A stretch of 64,000 nucleotides of DNA from an uncultured Chloroflexia bacterium (GCA_963833225.1 CAWHXD010000008.1:288001-352000), one strand, 5' to 3'. Positions 1 to 15,375 are shown, counted from the first letter of the stretch. Numbers and translations are program-made. Notes: generated by a model not told the origin, from the letters alone.

Positions 1-49
1 TGAGGTTGTGTTCGCGCGCTCCGCGCACGACGATCCGGTCCTGGGGCAC
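1..49 (-). CDS. uvrA: Excinuclease ABC subunit A, 5' end only (runs off the window)
   Basis: Reverse strand from GTG at 49 reads MPQDRIVVRGAREHNL, the characteristic UvrA N-terminus; LexA box and -10 element upstream; uvrB nearby. Confidence 0.85.
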   Translation of the reverse strand, partial: MPQDRIVVRGAREHNL

Positions 50-79
50 GGGTCCAGTGTACCGGGTTCGGCTCAAATC

Positions 80-91
80 GAACAGCCGTTC
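80..91. promoter_or_regulatory. LexA (SOS) box upstream of uvrA
   Basis: GAAC-agcc-GTTC, overlapping the expected -35 of a TACACT -10 element (56-61, minus strand). Confidence 0.8.
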
Positions 92-110
92 ACACGTGCC
101 GGGCGCGCGC

Positions 111-689
111 TCAGGATGCGGACGGAAGCGCGACCGAGTCCTGGCAGATCTTCCATGCACCGTCCTCGCGGAGGAGGCGCACCGACTGCTCGATGGGCAC
201 ATCCTGCCCGTATGCCTCGAGCGTCTTGAGCAGGGCGTCCAACTGGTCGTCGGTCATCGTCGTGCCCTGCTGGTCGAGCACCTGCCGCAGGATGGGCTTC
301 ATCGCCACGGCGTCAAAGGTGACCTTGAGCGTGCCGGTGACAGGCACCTGGGCCACGTCGCCATCGATCGCCGGCTCGCCCGCCGTCAGGCCAGAGACGT
401 CGAGCCGGAGGGCGTCGATGAGCGCCTGGGTATCGAGACCGGGCAGCAGCTCCGCCCCGACCGCACCCGGCAGCCCGAGCTGGTCCCGGATCATGTCCTC
501 CTGGCCCGGGCAGGCCAGGGTCCGCAGCCCGTCGAGGTCCTTGGCCGCGGTCATCGCGAGGGCCTGGTCGACGACGGCACCGGGGCCGTCCGCGGCGCCT
601 CCCGGCCCACAGGCGCCGGCGACGAGCACGAGGGCGAGCATGCCCAGGGCAACGACGCCGCGGCGAGCGGAACGGACGGGTGTGCGCAT
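111..689 (-). CDS. Hypothetical lipoprotein
   Basis: Signal peptide with lipobox LVAGAC; ends in an NTF2-like 'REDGAWKIC' motif. Confidence 0.75.
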   Translation of the reverse strand: MRTPVRSARRGVVALGMLALVLVAGACGPGGAADGPGAVVDQALAMTAAKDLDGLRTLACPGQEDMIRDQLGLPGAVGAELLPGLDTQALIDALRLDVSGLTAGEPAIDGDVAQVPVTGTLKVTFDAVAMKPILRQVLDQQGTTMTDDQLDALLKTLEAYGQDVPIEQSVRLLREDGAWKICQDSVALPSAS

Positions 690-715
690 GGACGAAGGCT
701 ACCTCGGGCCGGCGG

Positions 716-1906
716 TCAGCGGCGCCGCCGGGGCCGGAACATGGCGTGGGGATCCGGCAGGAACCCCAGCTTCCGATACCAGGCGTCCAGCCCGGGCGCC
801 ACGGCGAGCGAGAACCGCACGAGATCGTGACCGTCCGTGAGGCGGTGCATCATCCGCTCCCCCACCCCGAGCCCCTGGTAGTCCGGGTGCACCACGACCG
901 TCGCGATCAGCGCGTTCTGGCCGCCGTCGGTGATCGAGCGGGCCGTCCCGACCAGGCGTTCGCCGTCCCACGCGGTCGCGAACTCGGGCGTGCCTGCGAT
1001 CGCCCGTTCCAGCGACGCCGGCTCCGACGCCCGCAGGTCCCAGCCCACCGATCGCAGGAGGGCCACCACCCGGCCCGTCTCCGGCACGCGGTCCATCACG
1101 ACATCCACGCGATCCGCCGTGCCGTCGACCCGCACCAGGCGCCGTTCCAGCTCCCAGCGGTGGTCGAAGCCGTGCGCCTGCATCCGGCGCAGGACCTTCG
1201 CGAGCGTCCAGGTCTCGCCGTGGCGGTCCGTGGCCTCGGCGCCGTCGTCGGACCGTCCCAGGGCCCGCAACCGCTCCATGGCCCACGCCCGTGAGCCGGC
1301 GAGGACGTCACGCACCGGGACGCCGTCCAGCAGCCCGTCGTAGCGGCCACCACCGGGCAGGCGGCCGACAAGCCAGGCCTCGGAGCCGGCCACGTGGCGG
1401 AGCACCGCCTCGGACGAGCGCTCGCCCCGGGTGGCCTCGGCCGGGAGCGGACCGTGCACCGCCTCGAACGCCTCCACCCGGTCGGCGGTCGCGAGCAGGT
1501 CCTCGCGGTTCCACTGCAGGCGGCGGATCGCGGTGGCGACGTCCTCCTGGGTCATCCGCCGAAGGTCGGCTGGCAGGGTGGCGTTGACCTCGTAGCCATC
1601 CGCCTCGTGCGCGGCGGCCAGCTCACCCACCGCGTCCGGGCGCCAGATGCGCGGGATCCCGGCCTCGTCGCCGTGCGCCTCGAGCCACTCCCGGACGCGC
1701 CCGGTCGTGGTCAGCGCGCCGCTGAGCGCCCGCTCCCGGGTCCGGGCGACCGCGAGCACCCCGGGCACGTCGGGCACCCAGCCGGCGATCCGTCCCCCGT
1801 CGTAGTCCGTCTCGAGCCACACGGCGAGCGGCGCGAAGCCGTCGAGGGGCGGGGGCGGCCCATCTCGCACGTCCTCGGTCACATCGGGACCCAGGTCTCG
1901 CGGCAC
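716..1906 (-). CDS. Fusion protein: HicB-like N-terminus, DinB-like middle, C-terminal GNAT acetyltransferase
   Basis: GWVPDVPGVLAVARTRERAL; LRHVAGSEAW...WTLAKVLRRMQAHGFDH; VVVHPDYQGLGVG...WYRKLGF. Confidence 0.7.
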   Translation of the reverse strand: MPRDLGPDVTEDVRDGPPPPLDGFAPLAVWLETDYDGGRIAGWVPDVPGVLAVARTRERALSGALTTTGRVREWLEAHGDEAGIPRIWRPDAVGELAAAHEADGYEVNATLPADLRRMTQEDVATAIRRLQWNREDLLATADRVEAFEAVHGPLPAEATRGERSSEAVLRHVAGSEAWLVGRLPGGGRYDGLLDGVPVRDVLAGSRAWAMERLRALGRSDDGAEATDRHGETWTLAKVLRRMQAHGFDHRWELERRLVRVDGTADRVDVVMDRVPETGRVVALLRSVGWDLRASEPASLERAIAGTPEFATAWDGERLVGTARSITDGGQNALIATVVVHPDYQGLGVGERMMHRLTDGHDLVRFSLAVAPGLDAWYRKLGFLPDPHAMFRPRRRR

Positions 1907-1921
1907 GGCAGGACGACCCGC

Positions 1922-4273
<2,352 letters not shown>

Positions 4274-4304
4274 GCCTCGATCCTACCACGGGAAGCCGGA
4301 TATC

Positions 4305-4316
4305 GAACGTCCGTTC
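4305..4316. promoter_or_regulatory. LexA (SOS) box upstream of uvrB
   Basis: GAAC-gtcc-GTTC, overlapping the expected -35 of a TGgTAGGAT extended -10 (4280-4285, minus strand). Confidence 0.85.
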
Positions 4317-4534
4317 TAGGTCCGCGAACGCCACACGTCAGGGGTCGCTGGTACCAACGGGGAGTCGCCCCGGCTGGTGCGCAGCAGGCACCGTTGAAGC
4401 GGCACGCCGGCGCGTGTCACTCACGACCCTGCCGCCGGTCAGGCGGCACGGTCGGCGTCCCGAGACACCCAGGCCGGAGGGGATGCGGCACCACCACCGC
4501 CGGCATCCGCCGGTCCTGCCCGGGAGGTCAGTCG

Positions 4535-5527
4535 ATGGAGCTGGAGTACAGGGACCCGTCCAGGAAGGGTCGCTGGATCGTCCTCCTGGGCGTCGTGCTC
4601 GCGCTCGTTGCGGTGCGTCCGCGTTCTTCCTCATCAACAACGCCCAGCAACAGGCCGGCACCAGCGGCCTCAAGACGGTCGCGGGCTACGTCGCCGCCGA
4701 GCCGATCCTCGCCCGCAAGCCGATCGAGGCCGCGGACCTGCTGCTCCGTTAGGACATTCCCCTCGACGCGACCAACGCGGCCCTGATCACCGACGCCAGG
4801 CCAGCTGGTCGGCCACCTGCTCGCGGTCGATGTCGCCCAAGGCCAGCTCATCACCGCCAACCTGCTCGCATCGGGAACCGTGGGCCTGGGCTTCGCGATC
4901 CTGCGAGCCGGACGAGACCGTCGCCCCGGACTCCGAGGCGTGGCGCGCCGTCTCGATCACCGTGTCCGATGATCGCGCCGTCGGCGGTGTGCTCGGCGCG
5001 GGCATGGCGGTGGACGTGTTCGTCACTGCCCCGTGGCCGTGCCGGAGGCCTCCGCGGCACCATCGGGCACGCGCGGCGCGCCGGCGCCGGTAGACGCACG
5101 CCAAGGGGTACTATCGGACCCTCGACGAAGATCACGTACCAGGACATGACGATCCTGGCTCGCGTCCGGCACGTACTACATCCTCAAGGTGCCGCTCGTG
5201 GTCGCCGAGGAGATCAGCCACTGCAGGCCGACGGGGCCGAGCAGTTCAGCCTGGCCCTGCGCCCCGACGCAGGACCTGCGCGTCCTCGACGTCTCCGCCC
5301 TGGGCGCGACGACCAACCGCATCATCCAGCGATATGGCCTGCCGATCCCGCAGCCGTCGGCCCTCCGTCGATCGGGCGCGGCGCCGCTCGGACCCGCCCA
5401 TCCCGGCGCCACGCCGCCGCCGAGCCTGTCCCCCGCCCATGGCGTGCGCTCGATCCGTCGGTCCGCCCGCATCGCCCGGGCGACTGACCCGATCGCGCGG
5501 TGGCCCGCTCGACGGGCCGAGCGGTGA
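4535..5527 (+). CDS. cpaB: Flp pilus assembly protein CpaB/RcpC-like (SAF domain), multiple frameshifts; 3' end uncertain
   Basis: MELEYRDPSRKGRWIVLLG TM segment; VAAEPILARKPIEAADL SAF-like segment; RAVSITVSDDRAVGGVLGAGMAVDV; FSLALR, pieced together across frames. Confidence 0.65.
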
Positions 5528-5587
5528 CCCGAACGCGACGCGGCTTGCCCGGCCGCGCGCCTCCGTTGCCCGGCCGGTCGCCCAGCC

Positions 5588-6221
5588 TCAGGCGTTGCGC
5601 GGCGGTCGCGCTCGCCGCGATGGCCTCGCCGCGGCCCGCGGCCCGCGTCTCGTCCGCTCCGCCCGATGTGTCCAGCACGCGCGTCGCGAGGGGGCGGAGG
5701 CGGTCCACCAGTCCTGCCTGGGCGGCCATCCGCTGGTCCGCGTCGGCGGTGGCGTGCCCCGCGCCCGTGAGCCGGGCACGCTGCGCCTCCGGATCACAGG
5801 CGACCAGCCAGACCTCGTCGCACACCGCCGCCAGGCCGCCCTCCACGAGCTTGATCGCCTCGACCACGACGGCCGGCGCACCGCTGCCACCTCGGCGTCG
5901 CATCGCGGCGAGGATCCACGGCCGGACCGCCGGGTGGACGAGTCGCTCCAGGTCCGCAGCGCCGCCGGATCCGCGAACACCAGCCGTGCCGAGGGCCGCG
6001 CGGTCCAGGGTGCCGTCAGGTGGCGCGATCACCGGCGCGCCGAAGCGGGCCAGGATCGCGTCGTGGACCGGCTCGCCGGGAGCGGTCACGGCGCGCGCAA
6101 CCTCGTCCGCATCCACGACCACGGCTCCCGCCTCGGCGAGCCATCGCGCCACCGTCGACTTCCCGCAGCCGATCGGCCCCGTGATCCCGATGCGGACCGT
6201 CCGGGCGGGGCGGGGCGGCCG

Positions 6222-6225
<4 letters not shown>
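5588..6225 (-). CDS. coaE: Dephospho-CoA kinase (frameshifted)
   Basis: RIGITGPIGCGKSTVA...VVDADEVAR...LERLVHPAV...VVEAIKLVE. Confidence 0.85.
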
Positions 6226-8298
<2,073 letters not shown>

Positions 8299-8302
<4 letters not shown>

Positions 8303-9351
8303 GGGGCGGCCCCCGCCCGCGCGGCCGCTCGCCGGGCCGCGGCCGCGGCCTTCGTCCGCGCGGCACGCTCCCGCGCCCGGGACGCCTCGTCGGCCGTCCG
8401 TCCCAGGGACCCGTCTCCCTCGAGGTCCACCCAGCGTCGGCCCCGGCGCCCGCTCGCGTCCCGGCCGGGACGCGGGGTCATGGTCGCCAGCAGCACCCGC
8501 GCTGCCGGCCGCTGGGCGGCCGGCAGCCGCTGGCAGAACGAGCAGAAGTGCGTCGCCCGGATCCCGATCACGATGCGCCGGATCGGCCGTCCACATCGCG
8601 GGCACGGCTCGCCCGTCCGCTGGTACACGTCGAGCTGCTCCTGCATCGCCCCGTCGCCGTCGGGCGCGGTGTAGTCGTCGATGGAGCTGCCACGCCGGTC
8701 CACCGCCTCGGCAAGGATCTCGCGGACGTGCCGGTACAGGACCCGCTGATCACGGGGTCGGAGCGAGGCGGCGGAGCGGAGCGGGTGGAGCCGGGCGCGC
8801 CACAGTGCCTCGTCGGCGTAGATGTTGCCCACGCCGGCCACGAACGACTGGTCAACGAGCAGCGGCTTGAGGCGGGCGCGACGGCCATCGAGCCGGGCGC
8901 GCCACGCACGGAGGGTGAACCGCGGGTCGAGCGGCTCCGGGCCCAGGCCGTCGAATGGGTCGTCGTCCGCCGCATACAGGCCGATCCGCCCGAACTTGCG
9001 CACGTCCCGGAAGCGGATCTCCCGCCCGTCGCCGAGCAGGAGCGCTGCCCGCTCGTACGGGTCGAGGGGGATGGACGCCGGCACCACGAACAGCTGGCCG
9101 GTCATCTTGAGGTGGATGGCAAGGAAGCTGCCGCCATCGAGGTCGAGCAGGACTTGCTTGCCGCGCCGGCCGACCGCCTCGATCCGCCGGCCGGTCACCG
9201 CGTGCGCGAACGACGCCGGATCGCCGTCACGCAGGGTCCTGGCCCAGGCGATGCGCGCGCCGGTGATCTCCGGGCCGGATCCCGCCCCCTCGGGCAGCAG
9301 TCGGCGCCGGAGATCGCGGGCGACGGTCTCGACCTCGGGCAGCTCAGGCAT
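8299..9351 (-). CDS. mutM: Formamidopyrimidine-DNA glycosylase
   Basis: MPELPEVET; HLKMTG; GVGNIYADE; CPRC...CSFCQ zinc finger. Confidence 0.95.
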
Positions 9352-9453
9352 CGTCCAGACGATAGGGCACGCGCGCCGGAAGCGCGCCATCGGGGCAGGG
9401 AGTCCCTTGCCGGCTTCGCGCGGCGTCCGTCCTTCAGGCACCATGACAGGCCC

Positions 9454-10692
9454 ATGCCTGCCAGCCCGTCGCCCGTCATCACACCCACCCGCGCCCGCGC
9501 CGCGCGGATCGGCGTGAGCGCCATGTTCTTCGTGAACGGCGCCGTCGCCGCGTCGATCATCCCGCGGCTCCCCGCCATCAAGGACGGCCTGGCCCTGTCC
9601 AACGGCGAGCTGGGGGCCGCGGTGGCCGCGATGCCGCTCGGCGGCCTGCTCGCGGGCGGCCTGGTGGGGGTCCTCGTCGGCCGCTTTGGCAGCGGGCGCG
9701 TCGCGATGGTGGCCGGGACAGCGGCGGCGCTGACGTTGGTCGGCGTGGGTCTTGCGGGATCCTGGATGACCCTCGCCGCGGCTTACCTCGTCCTGGGCAT
9801 GTTCGATGCCACGATGGACGCGTCGATGAACGCCCACGGCCTTGGGCTCCAGCGGCAGTACGGGCGGTCCATTCTCCAGGGGTTCCACGGGATCTGGAGC
9901 CTGGGCAGCATGGCGGCGGGAGCGGCCGGCGCCATCGCGGCCGGTGTCGGGGTGCCGGTGTCGATCCATCTCACCGCAGCCGCCCTCGCCCTCGCCGCCA
10001 CCGCGATCCTGGCAGGCCGGCAGTTCCTCCCCACATCCGTCGCGGATGCCCATGTCGACGACGGGGCCGCGGCCGAGCACATCCACCCGCGCAATGCCCC
10101 GCGGCTGGTGCGGGTGCTGCTGCCGGTCGCCATGCTCGGGATCCTGTGCGTGATGCTCCAGAGCTCCGCTGCCACATGGAGCTCGGTATACCTCTCCGAC
10201 GTCCTCGGCCAGCCGGCCGGGATCGCAGCCACGGGGTTCGTGCTGTACATGGGCGCGATGGTGGTCGGCCGCATGACCAACGACCGCTGGGTCGATCGCT
10301 GGGGCTCGACCGTGGTCGTCCGGGCGGGCGCGCTGGTGGGTGCGGTGGCGGTGGTCATGGTGATCGTGGCAGCGCCGCTCGACATCGCGCCCCTCGCCCT
10401 GGCCGGCTTCGCGCTGGTGGGCCTCGGGTCCTCGTCGATGTTCCCGGTGATGGTCCTGGCCGCCGGATCCCGACCTGGGATCCCCGCCCGCCACGGCGTG
10501 GCGCTGGTGTCCTGGATGGTCAGGATCGGCCTGGTCATCGCCCCGGCCCTGATCGGAGCGGCCGCGGACGCCTACGGGCTCGCGGCGGCGCTGGGGTTCT
10601 CGCTCGCCGCGACGCTGATCGTGGCGCTGGTTGCGCCAGCCCTCACCGGCGGCCGGCTCCGGCGGCGCGCCTCCGATCCCATCGCCGCCTGA
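9454..10692 (+). CDS. MFS transporter
   Basis: About 12 hydrophobic segments; IPRLPAIKDGL; MNAHG...FHGIWSLG. Confidence 0.85.
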   Translation: MPASPSPVITPTRARAARIGVSAMFFVNGAVAASIIPRLPAIKDGLALSNGELGAAVAAMPLGGLLAGGLVGVLVGRFGSGRVAMVAGTAAALTLVGVGLAGSWMTLAAAYLVLGMFDATMDASMNAHGLGLQRQYGRSILQGFHGIWSLGSMAAGAAGAIAAGVGVPVSIHLTAAALALAATAILAGRQFLPTSVADAHVDDGAAAEHIHPRNAPRLVRVLLPVAMLGILCVMLQSSAATWSSVYLSDVLGQPAGIAATGFVLYMGAMVVGRMTNDRWVDRWGSTVVVRAGALVGAVAVVMVIVAAPLDIAPLALAGFALVGLGSSSMFPVMVLAAGSRPGIPARHGVALVSWMVRIGLVIAPALIGAAADAYGLAAALGFSLAATLIVALVAPALTGGRLRRRASDPIAA

Positions 10693-10710
10693 CGCGGGTC
10701 CTAGCCTCCG

Positions 10711-13691
10711 CTACCCCTCGATGATCGCCGGCGCCTCGTCCGCCTCGGCGAGGACCGCATCCGGGCGCGACAGCGGCGTCATCCCCTCCCACGAGTCGCC
10801 CACCTTCACGTCGACCGTGAGCGGCACCGACAGCGGCAGCGCGCCCTCCATCGCCTCGCGCAGGACCGGCACCAGCCGGTCGACCTCGTCGCGCGGCGTC
10901 TCGAGCAGCAGCTCGTCGTGGACCGAGAGCAGGAGCCGCGACCGGAAACCGCCCTCGCGCAGCGCGTGGTCCGCGCCGGATCATCGCGATCTTGACGATG
11001 TCGGCGGCCGTGCCCTGGATCGGCATGTTGATGGCCATCCGCTCGCCCGCCGCCTTGAGGGCCCGGTTCGCCGACTGGAGCTCGGGGATCTGGCGCTTGC
11101 GACCGAGGAGCGTGGCCACGTGTCCCCGTTCGGCCGCGGTCTCGCGGATATGGAGCATGTAGCGGCTGATCCCGCTGTACGCCGCGAAGTAGCTGGTGAT
11201 GAACTCCTGGGCATCCTGGCGGCTGATCCCCGCCCGGCTCGAGAGCCCGAAGTCGCTCATGCCGTAGGCCAGCCCGAAGTTGACCATCTTGGCCATCGAT
11301 CGCTCGTCCGGGGTGATGTCCTCGGGCGCCTTGCGGAGCACGCGGGCCGCGGTCTCGCGGTGGATGTCGGCGCCGCGCGCGAACGCGTCGCGCAGGTGCT
11401 CGTCGCCCGACACGTGGGCGAGGATCCGCAGCTCGATCTGGCTGTAGTCCGCGGCAACCAGCGTGGTGTCCGGCGTCCCGGCCACGAACGCGTGCCGGAT
11501 CCGGCGGCCGAGCGGCGTCCGGATCGGGATGTTCTGGAGGTTCGGGTCGGACGAGGAGAGGCGCCCTGTCGCGGCCACGGCCTGGTGGAACAGGGTGTGG
11601 AGCCGCCCGTCGGGCCCCAGCAGGATCGGCAGCGCCTCGACGTACGTCGAGCGGAGCTTGGTGTAGGTGCGCCAGTCCAGCGACGAGCTCGACGACGGGG
11701 TGGACGCCGCGGAGCTCCTCGAGGACGGTCGCGTCCGTCGAGTAGCCGGTCTTCGTCTTGCGGCCCTTGGGCAGGCCCAGCTCCACGAACAGGAGCTCAC
11801 CCAGCTGCTTGGGGCTGCCGATGGTGAACTGGTGACCGACGACCGCGAAGATCTCGCTCTCCAGGCGATCGATCTCGGTCGCGAACTCGCGCTCCAGCGT
11901 GGACAGGGCGCCCTGGTCGAGGGCGATGCCCACGGCCTCCATGCGGGCGAGGATCGGGATCAGCGGCAGCTCGATCTCGGCGAACAGCCGCTCGGCGCCT
12001 TCGTCGCGGAGCGACTGCTCAAGCGAGGGGCGCACGGCCAGGACCGACAGCGCCTCCAGGCCCGCGGTGGCCGTGGCCGGCAGCCCCGCGGCCGCCGGTG
12101 GCAGCACGAGGTCAAGACGCTCTGCCACGACATCGGCGATCTTCTGGGCCCGAAGCGCCGCATTCACGAGGTAGGCGGCGATCTGCGTGTCGAACGCGAC
12201 CGGCGTCGAGATCGTGTCCGGCTCGTCGGCGAAGCGGGCGGTGAGCAGCGACTTGACCTCGTGGCCGACGAGCGGGGTGCCGAGGCGCTCCAACAGCTTC
12301 CGGAGCGCGAGTGCCGCCGCCGGACCATCGGCCGCCACGACCCGTCCGTCGGGGCCGGCGACGGCGAGTGCGATCGGCGTCCCCGCAAGTGGGCGGGGGT
12401 CGTCGACGACGAGCGCGACGCCCATGGCGTCCAGGCCGGCCAGCCACGCCTCCAGGGTCGCTACGCGTGCCTCGTCCGCGAGCTCGATCCGTCCCGGATC
12501 CACGATGGCGGCGGAGAGGGCTCCAGGCAGGTCGCCGGCCGCTTGCGCAATCGCCTCGGCCCGGGCTTCAACCGCGGCCGATGTCACGGCGACCGGGTGC
12601 TGGGCCGGCTGGGGGGCCGCTGCGGTCCCGCCGCCTGAGACCATGTCGAAGTCCATCGAGAGCTGGAGCGAGCCGTCATCCGGTCGCGGCTTCACGGGGC
12701 CGCCGTACCGTCCGCCACCGGGTCCCGTGCCGGCGCCCGGCCCACGGCCCTGGGCCGCCGGGAACCCGGCCTCGCGGAGCTCGCGCATGGCGGCGACGGC
12801 ATCCTCGGGTCGCTCGCCGACGAGCGGCGGCAGGCGGTCGATCAACGTCCGGAACTCGTACTCCCGGAACAGCCGCACCACGGCCTCGCGGTCGTACTCC
12901 CCCACCCGACCCTGCTCGGGGTCGAGCTCGACATCCACGTCCCGGACCAGGCGCATCAGCTCGCGACTCTCCAGCACCTGCTCGCGGTGCTCCTGCAGGA
13001 GCGGGCGCAGCTTCTCGGGCATCACCTCGTCGAGGTGCTCGTACAGGGCGTCGAGGCTCCCCCAGGACGCGATCAGCTTCGACGCGGTCTTCTCCCCCAC
13101 TCCGGGGATGCCCGGAATGTTGTCGGTGGGGTCACCCTTGAGCGCCTTGTAGTCGAGCATCTGGTCGGGCCGCAGGCCCCAGCGGTCCTGGATCTTCGCG
13201 AGGTCGTAGCTGACCGTGTTCGCGATCCCGCCGCGCAGGCTGACCATGAGCGTCGTGTGCTCGCTGACCAGCTGGAGCATGTCCAGGTCGCCGGTGAGGA
13301 TGATGGTCTCGAGACCGGCCGCCTCGGCCTGGCCGACCAGCGTGGCGATCGCGTCGTCGGCCTCGAAGCCCTCCTGCTCGTACACCGGGATCCCGAGTGC
13401 CGCAACGACCTCGCGCACCTTCGGGATCTGCTCGCGCATGTCGTCCGGCATCCTGGTGCGGGTGCCCTTGTACTCGGCATATCGCTCGTGGCGGAAGGTG
13501 GGCTTGCCGAGGTCGAAGGCAACGGCGATCCGGTCCGGCCGCGTGTCGGCGATCGCGCGCAGGACGATGTTGGTGAAGCCGAAGACGGCGGTGACCAGCT
13601 CGCCCCGGCTCGTGGTCAACGGCTGGTCGATGAGCGCGAAATAGCCGCGGTAGATGAGCCCGTTGCCGTCGAGCAGCAGGAGGCGTTCCAT
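10711..13691 (-). CDS. polA: DNA polymerase I (frameshifts near 11680 and 10975)
   Basis: LLLDGNGLIYRGYFA; GDPTDNIPGIPGVGEKTA; TGRLSSSDPNLQNIP; ADYSQIELR; NMPIQGTAAD. Confidence 0.95.
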
Positions 13692-13767
13692 CGGCTCCGG
13701 ACCTGCGGGTTGGGGCACCAGTGTAGCCGCGGGCCCCTCGGTCACGGTGCCGTCGCAGCCGGTCAGG

Positions 13768-14133
13768 TCAGCCGGCATCGCTCTCCAGACGCAGGCGCAG
13801 GGCCTCGGGGGTCGGGAGGAACCAGTGCTGCCGGCCGGCGTTCGACTCACGAACCAGGGCGGCGAACGCCCGCGACGATGCGGCCGGCTCGGGTGGCGTC
13901 CCGATCACCGCGAGGCGCATCCGGTAGACCGCCGAGACCTGCAGGATGTCCCCCGCGAGGCCGGTCCGCAGGTCGAAGAACGCCGGGGCAAGGCGTTCAA
14001 CGGGGATCGCCACCAGCGTTGCGCCGGCAGCGAACGCATCCCCGAGCAGGTCTCGCGCACCGGCGCCCGCGACCACCGGGCCCGAGTCCTCGACCACCAG
14101 CACCGTCGTCCCGCCCCACCGCTCGATCGTCAC
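13768..14133 (-). CDS. DUF4180-like protein
   Basis: AFFDLRTGLAGDILQ...FAALVRESNAG motif. Confidence 0.75.
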   Translation of the reverse strand: MTIERWGGTTVLVVEDSGPVVAGAGARDLLGDAFAAGATLVAIPVERLAPAFFDLRTGLAGDILQVSAVYRMRLAVIGTPPEPAASSRAFAALVRESNAGRQHWFLPTPEALRLRLESDAG

Positions 14134-14162
14134 CTTCGGTCTCCTGTGGGCCCATCGAATCG

Positions 14163-14204
14163 CGACAGGCTGCGCACAGGTTCTGCACATCCGGTCGCCA
14201 CGAT
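14163..14204 (+). promoter_or_regulatory. Putative OmpR-family binding repeats plus -10 element
   Basis: ACA(GG) half-sites at an 11-bp period (14165, 14176, 14187) followed by CACGAT. Confidence 0.45.
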
Positions 14205-14271
14205 GAGCCTCATCAACGCACCACCTGCCCGGCGCACCCGGGACCGGCACCTGTCACGGAGATCATCATCC

Positions 14272-14625
14272 ATGCGCGCACTGTTCGGCCTCCTCCTCAC
14301 GAGCGCCGTCGCCCTCACCGCGGGCGTCATCGGCTACCAGGCCGGGGTGGCCTCCAACGTCGCCGCCGCCGGCGGGGTCGTCGTCCTCGGCGGGGGGTTC
14401 GGGGGCTTCGGGTTCCTGTTCTTCCTCATGTTCGTTGGCCTCGTGTTCTTCGCGGTCGGCGGCGTGCGCCGCCGGGCCCTGGGCACCGGCCGGTGGACCG
14501 GCCCCGGCCACTGGGCTCCCGGATCCGACACCCGCCGCGATTGGGTCGCGGACATGCACCGCCGCCTCCATGAGGCCGACGCGGCCACGGGTGCGACCGG
14601 CACGGACCAGCCCCCCGTCGCCTGA
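14272..14625 (+). CDS. Small membrane protein associated with the two-component system
   Basis: Two hydrophobic segments, Gly/Phe-rich, C-terminal DWVADMHRRLHE; RBS-like GGAG upstream. Confidence 0.7.
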   Translation: MRALFGLLLTSAVALTAGVIGYQAGVASNVAAAGGVVVLGGGFGGFGFLFFLMFVGLVFFAVGGVRRRALGTGRWTGPGHWAPGSDTRRDWVADMHRRLHEADAATGATGTDQPPVA

Positions 14626-14640
14626 CGCCTCCTCACCCCC

Positions 14641-14668
14641 ACGCCGGGCGGGTATCCTCGCCCGGCGT
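14641..14668 (+). terminator. GC-rich hairpin
   Basis: acgccgggcggg-tatc-ctcgcccggcgt followed by a pyrimidine run. Confidence 0.45.
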
Positions 14669-14688
14669 CCTTCCTGTTCCGGAGCTCC

Positions 14689-15375
14689 ATGCGCACGATC
14701 CTCGTCGTCGAGGACGAGCCCCAGATCGCGGGCCTCGTCCGCGACTATCTCGAGCACGCCGGCTTCGCCGTCCTGGTCGCGACCGACGGGCCGGGTGCCC
14801 TCGCGCTGGCACGGGCGCGCCGACCGGATGCCCTCGTCCTGGACCTTGGGCTGCCGCGAATGGATGGCCTCGACGTCATCCGCGCGATCCGGCGAGGCTC
14901 GCGCGTCCCGATCCTGGTCCTCTCGGCCAGGGGCGACGAGGCGGACCGGGTGGCCGGGCTTGAGCTCGGTGCGGACGACTACGTCACCAAGCCATTCAGC
15001 CCCCGCGAGCTGGTCGCCCGCGTTCGCGCCGTCCTCCGACGCGCCGAGGCAACCCCGCTCACGGACGAGCGGATCACGGCGGGGGACCTCGAGCTCGACC
15101 TGGTGCGCCGCCGGGTCACCGCGGCCGGTCGCGCCGTCGAGCTCACGCCGACCGAGTTCGAGCTCCTGGCGACGCTCGCGAGGGAACCGGGGCGCGTCTG
15201 GACGAGATCGCAGCTGCTCGACGCCGTCCACGGGTTCAGCCTCGAGACCTACGAGCGGGCCATCGACGGGCACATCCGCAACCTTCGTCGCAAGCTCGAG
15301 CCGGACGATGCCGCGCCCAGGTACGTGCGGACCGTCCATGGTGTCGGCTACGCGCTCGCGGATCCGGACGCGTGA
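14689..15375 (+). CDS. OmpR-family response regulator (BaeR-like)
   Basis: ILVVEDE; VLDLGLPRMDG; GADDYVTKPF; winged-helix TVHGVGY. Confidence 0.95.
   Translation: MRTILVVEDEPQIAGLVRDYLEHAGFAVLVATDGPGALALARARRPDALVLDLGLPRMDGLDVIRAIRRGSRVPILVLSARGDEADRVAGLELGADDYVTKPFSPRELVARVRAVLRRAEATPLTDERITAGDLELDLVRRRVTAAGRAVELTPTEFELLATLAREPGRVWTRSQLLDAVHGFSLETYERAIDGHIRNLRRKLEPDDAAPRYVRTVHGVGYALADPDA

Noticed and set aside
4320-4534. c-di-GMP riboswitch upstream of cpaB
   Set aside because: Hairpins are present but class I and class II consensus motifs are not.
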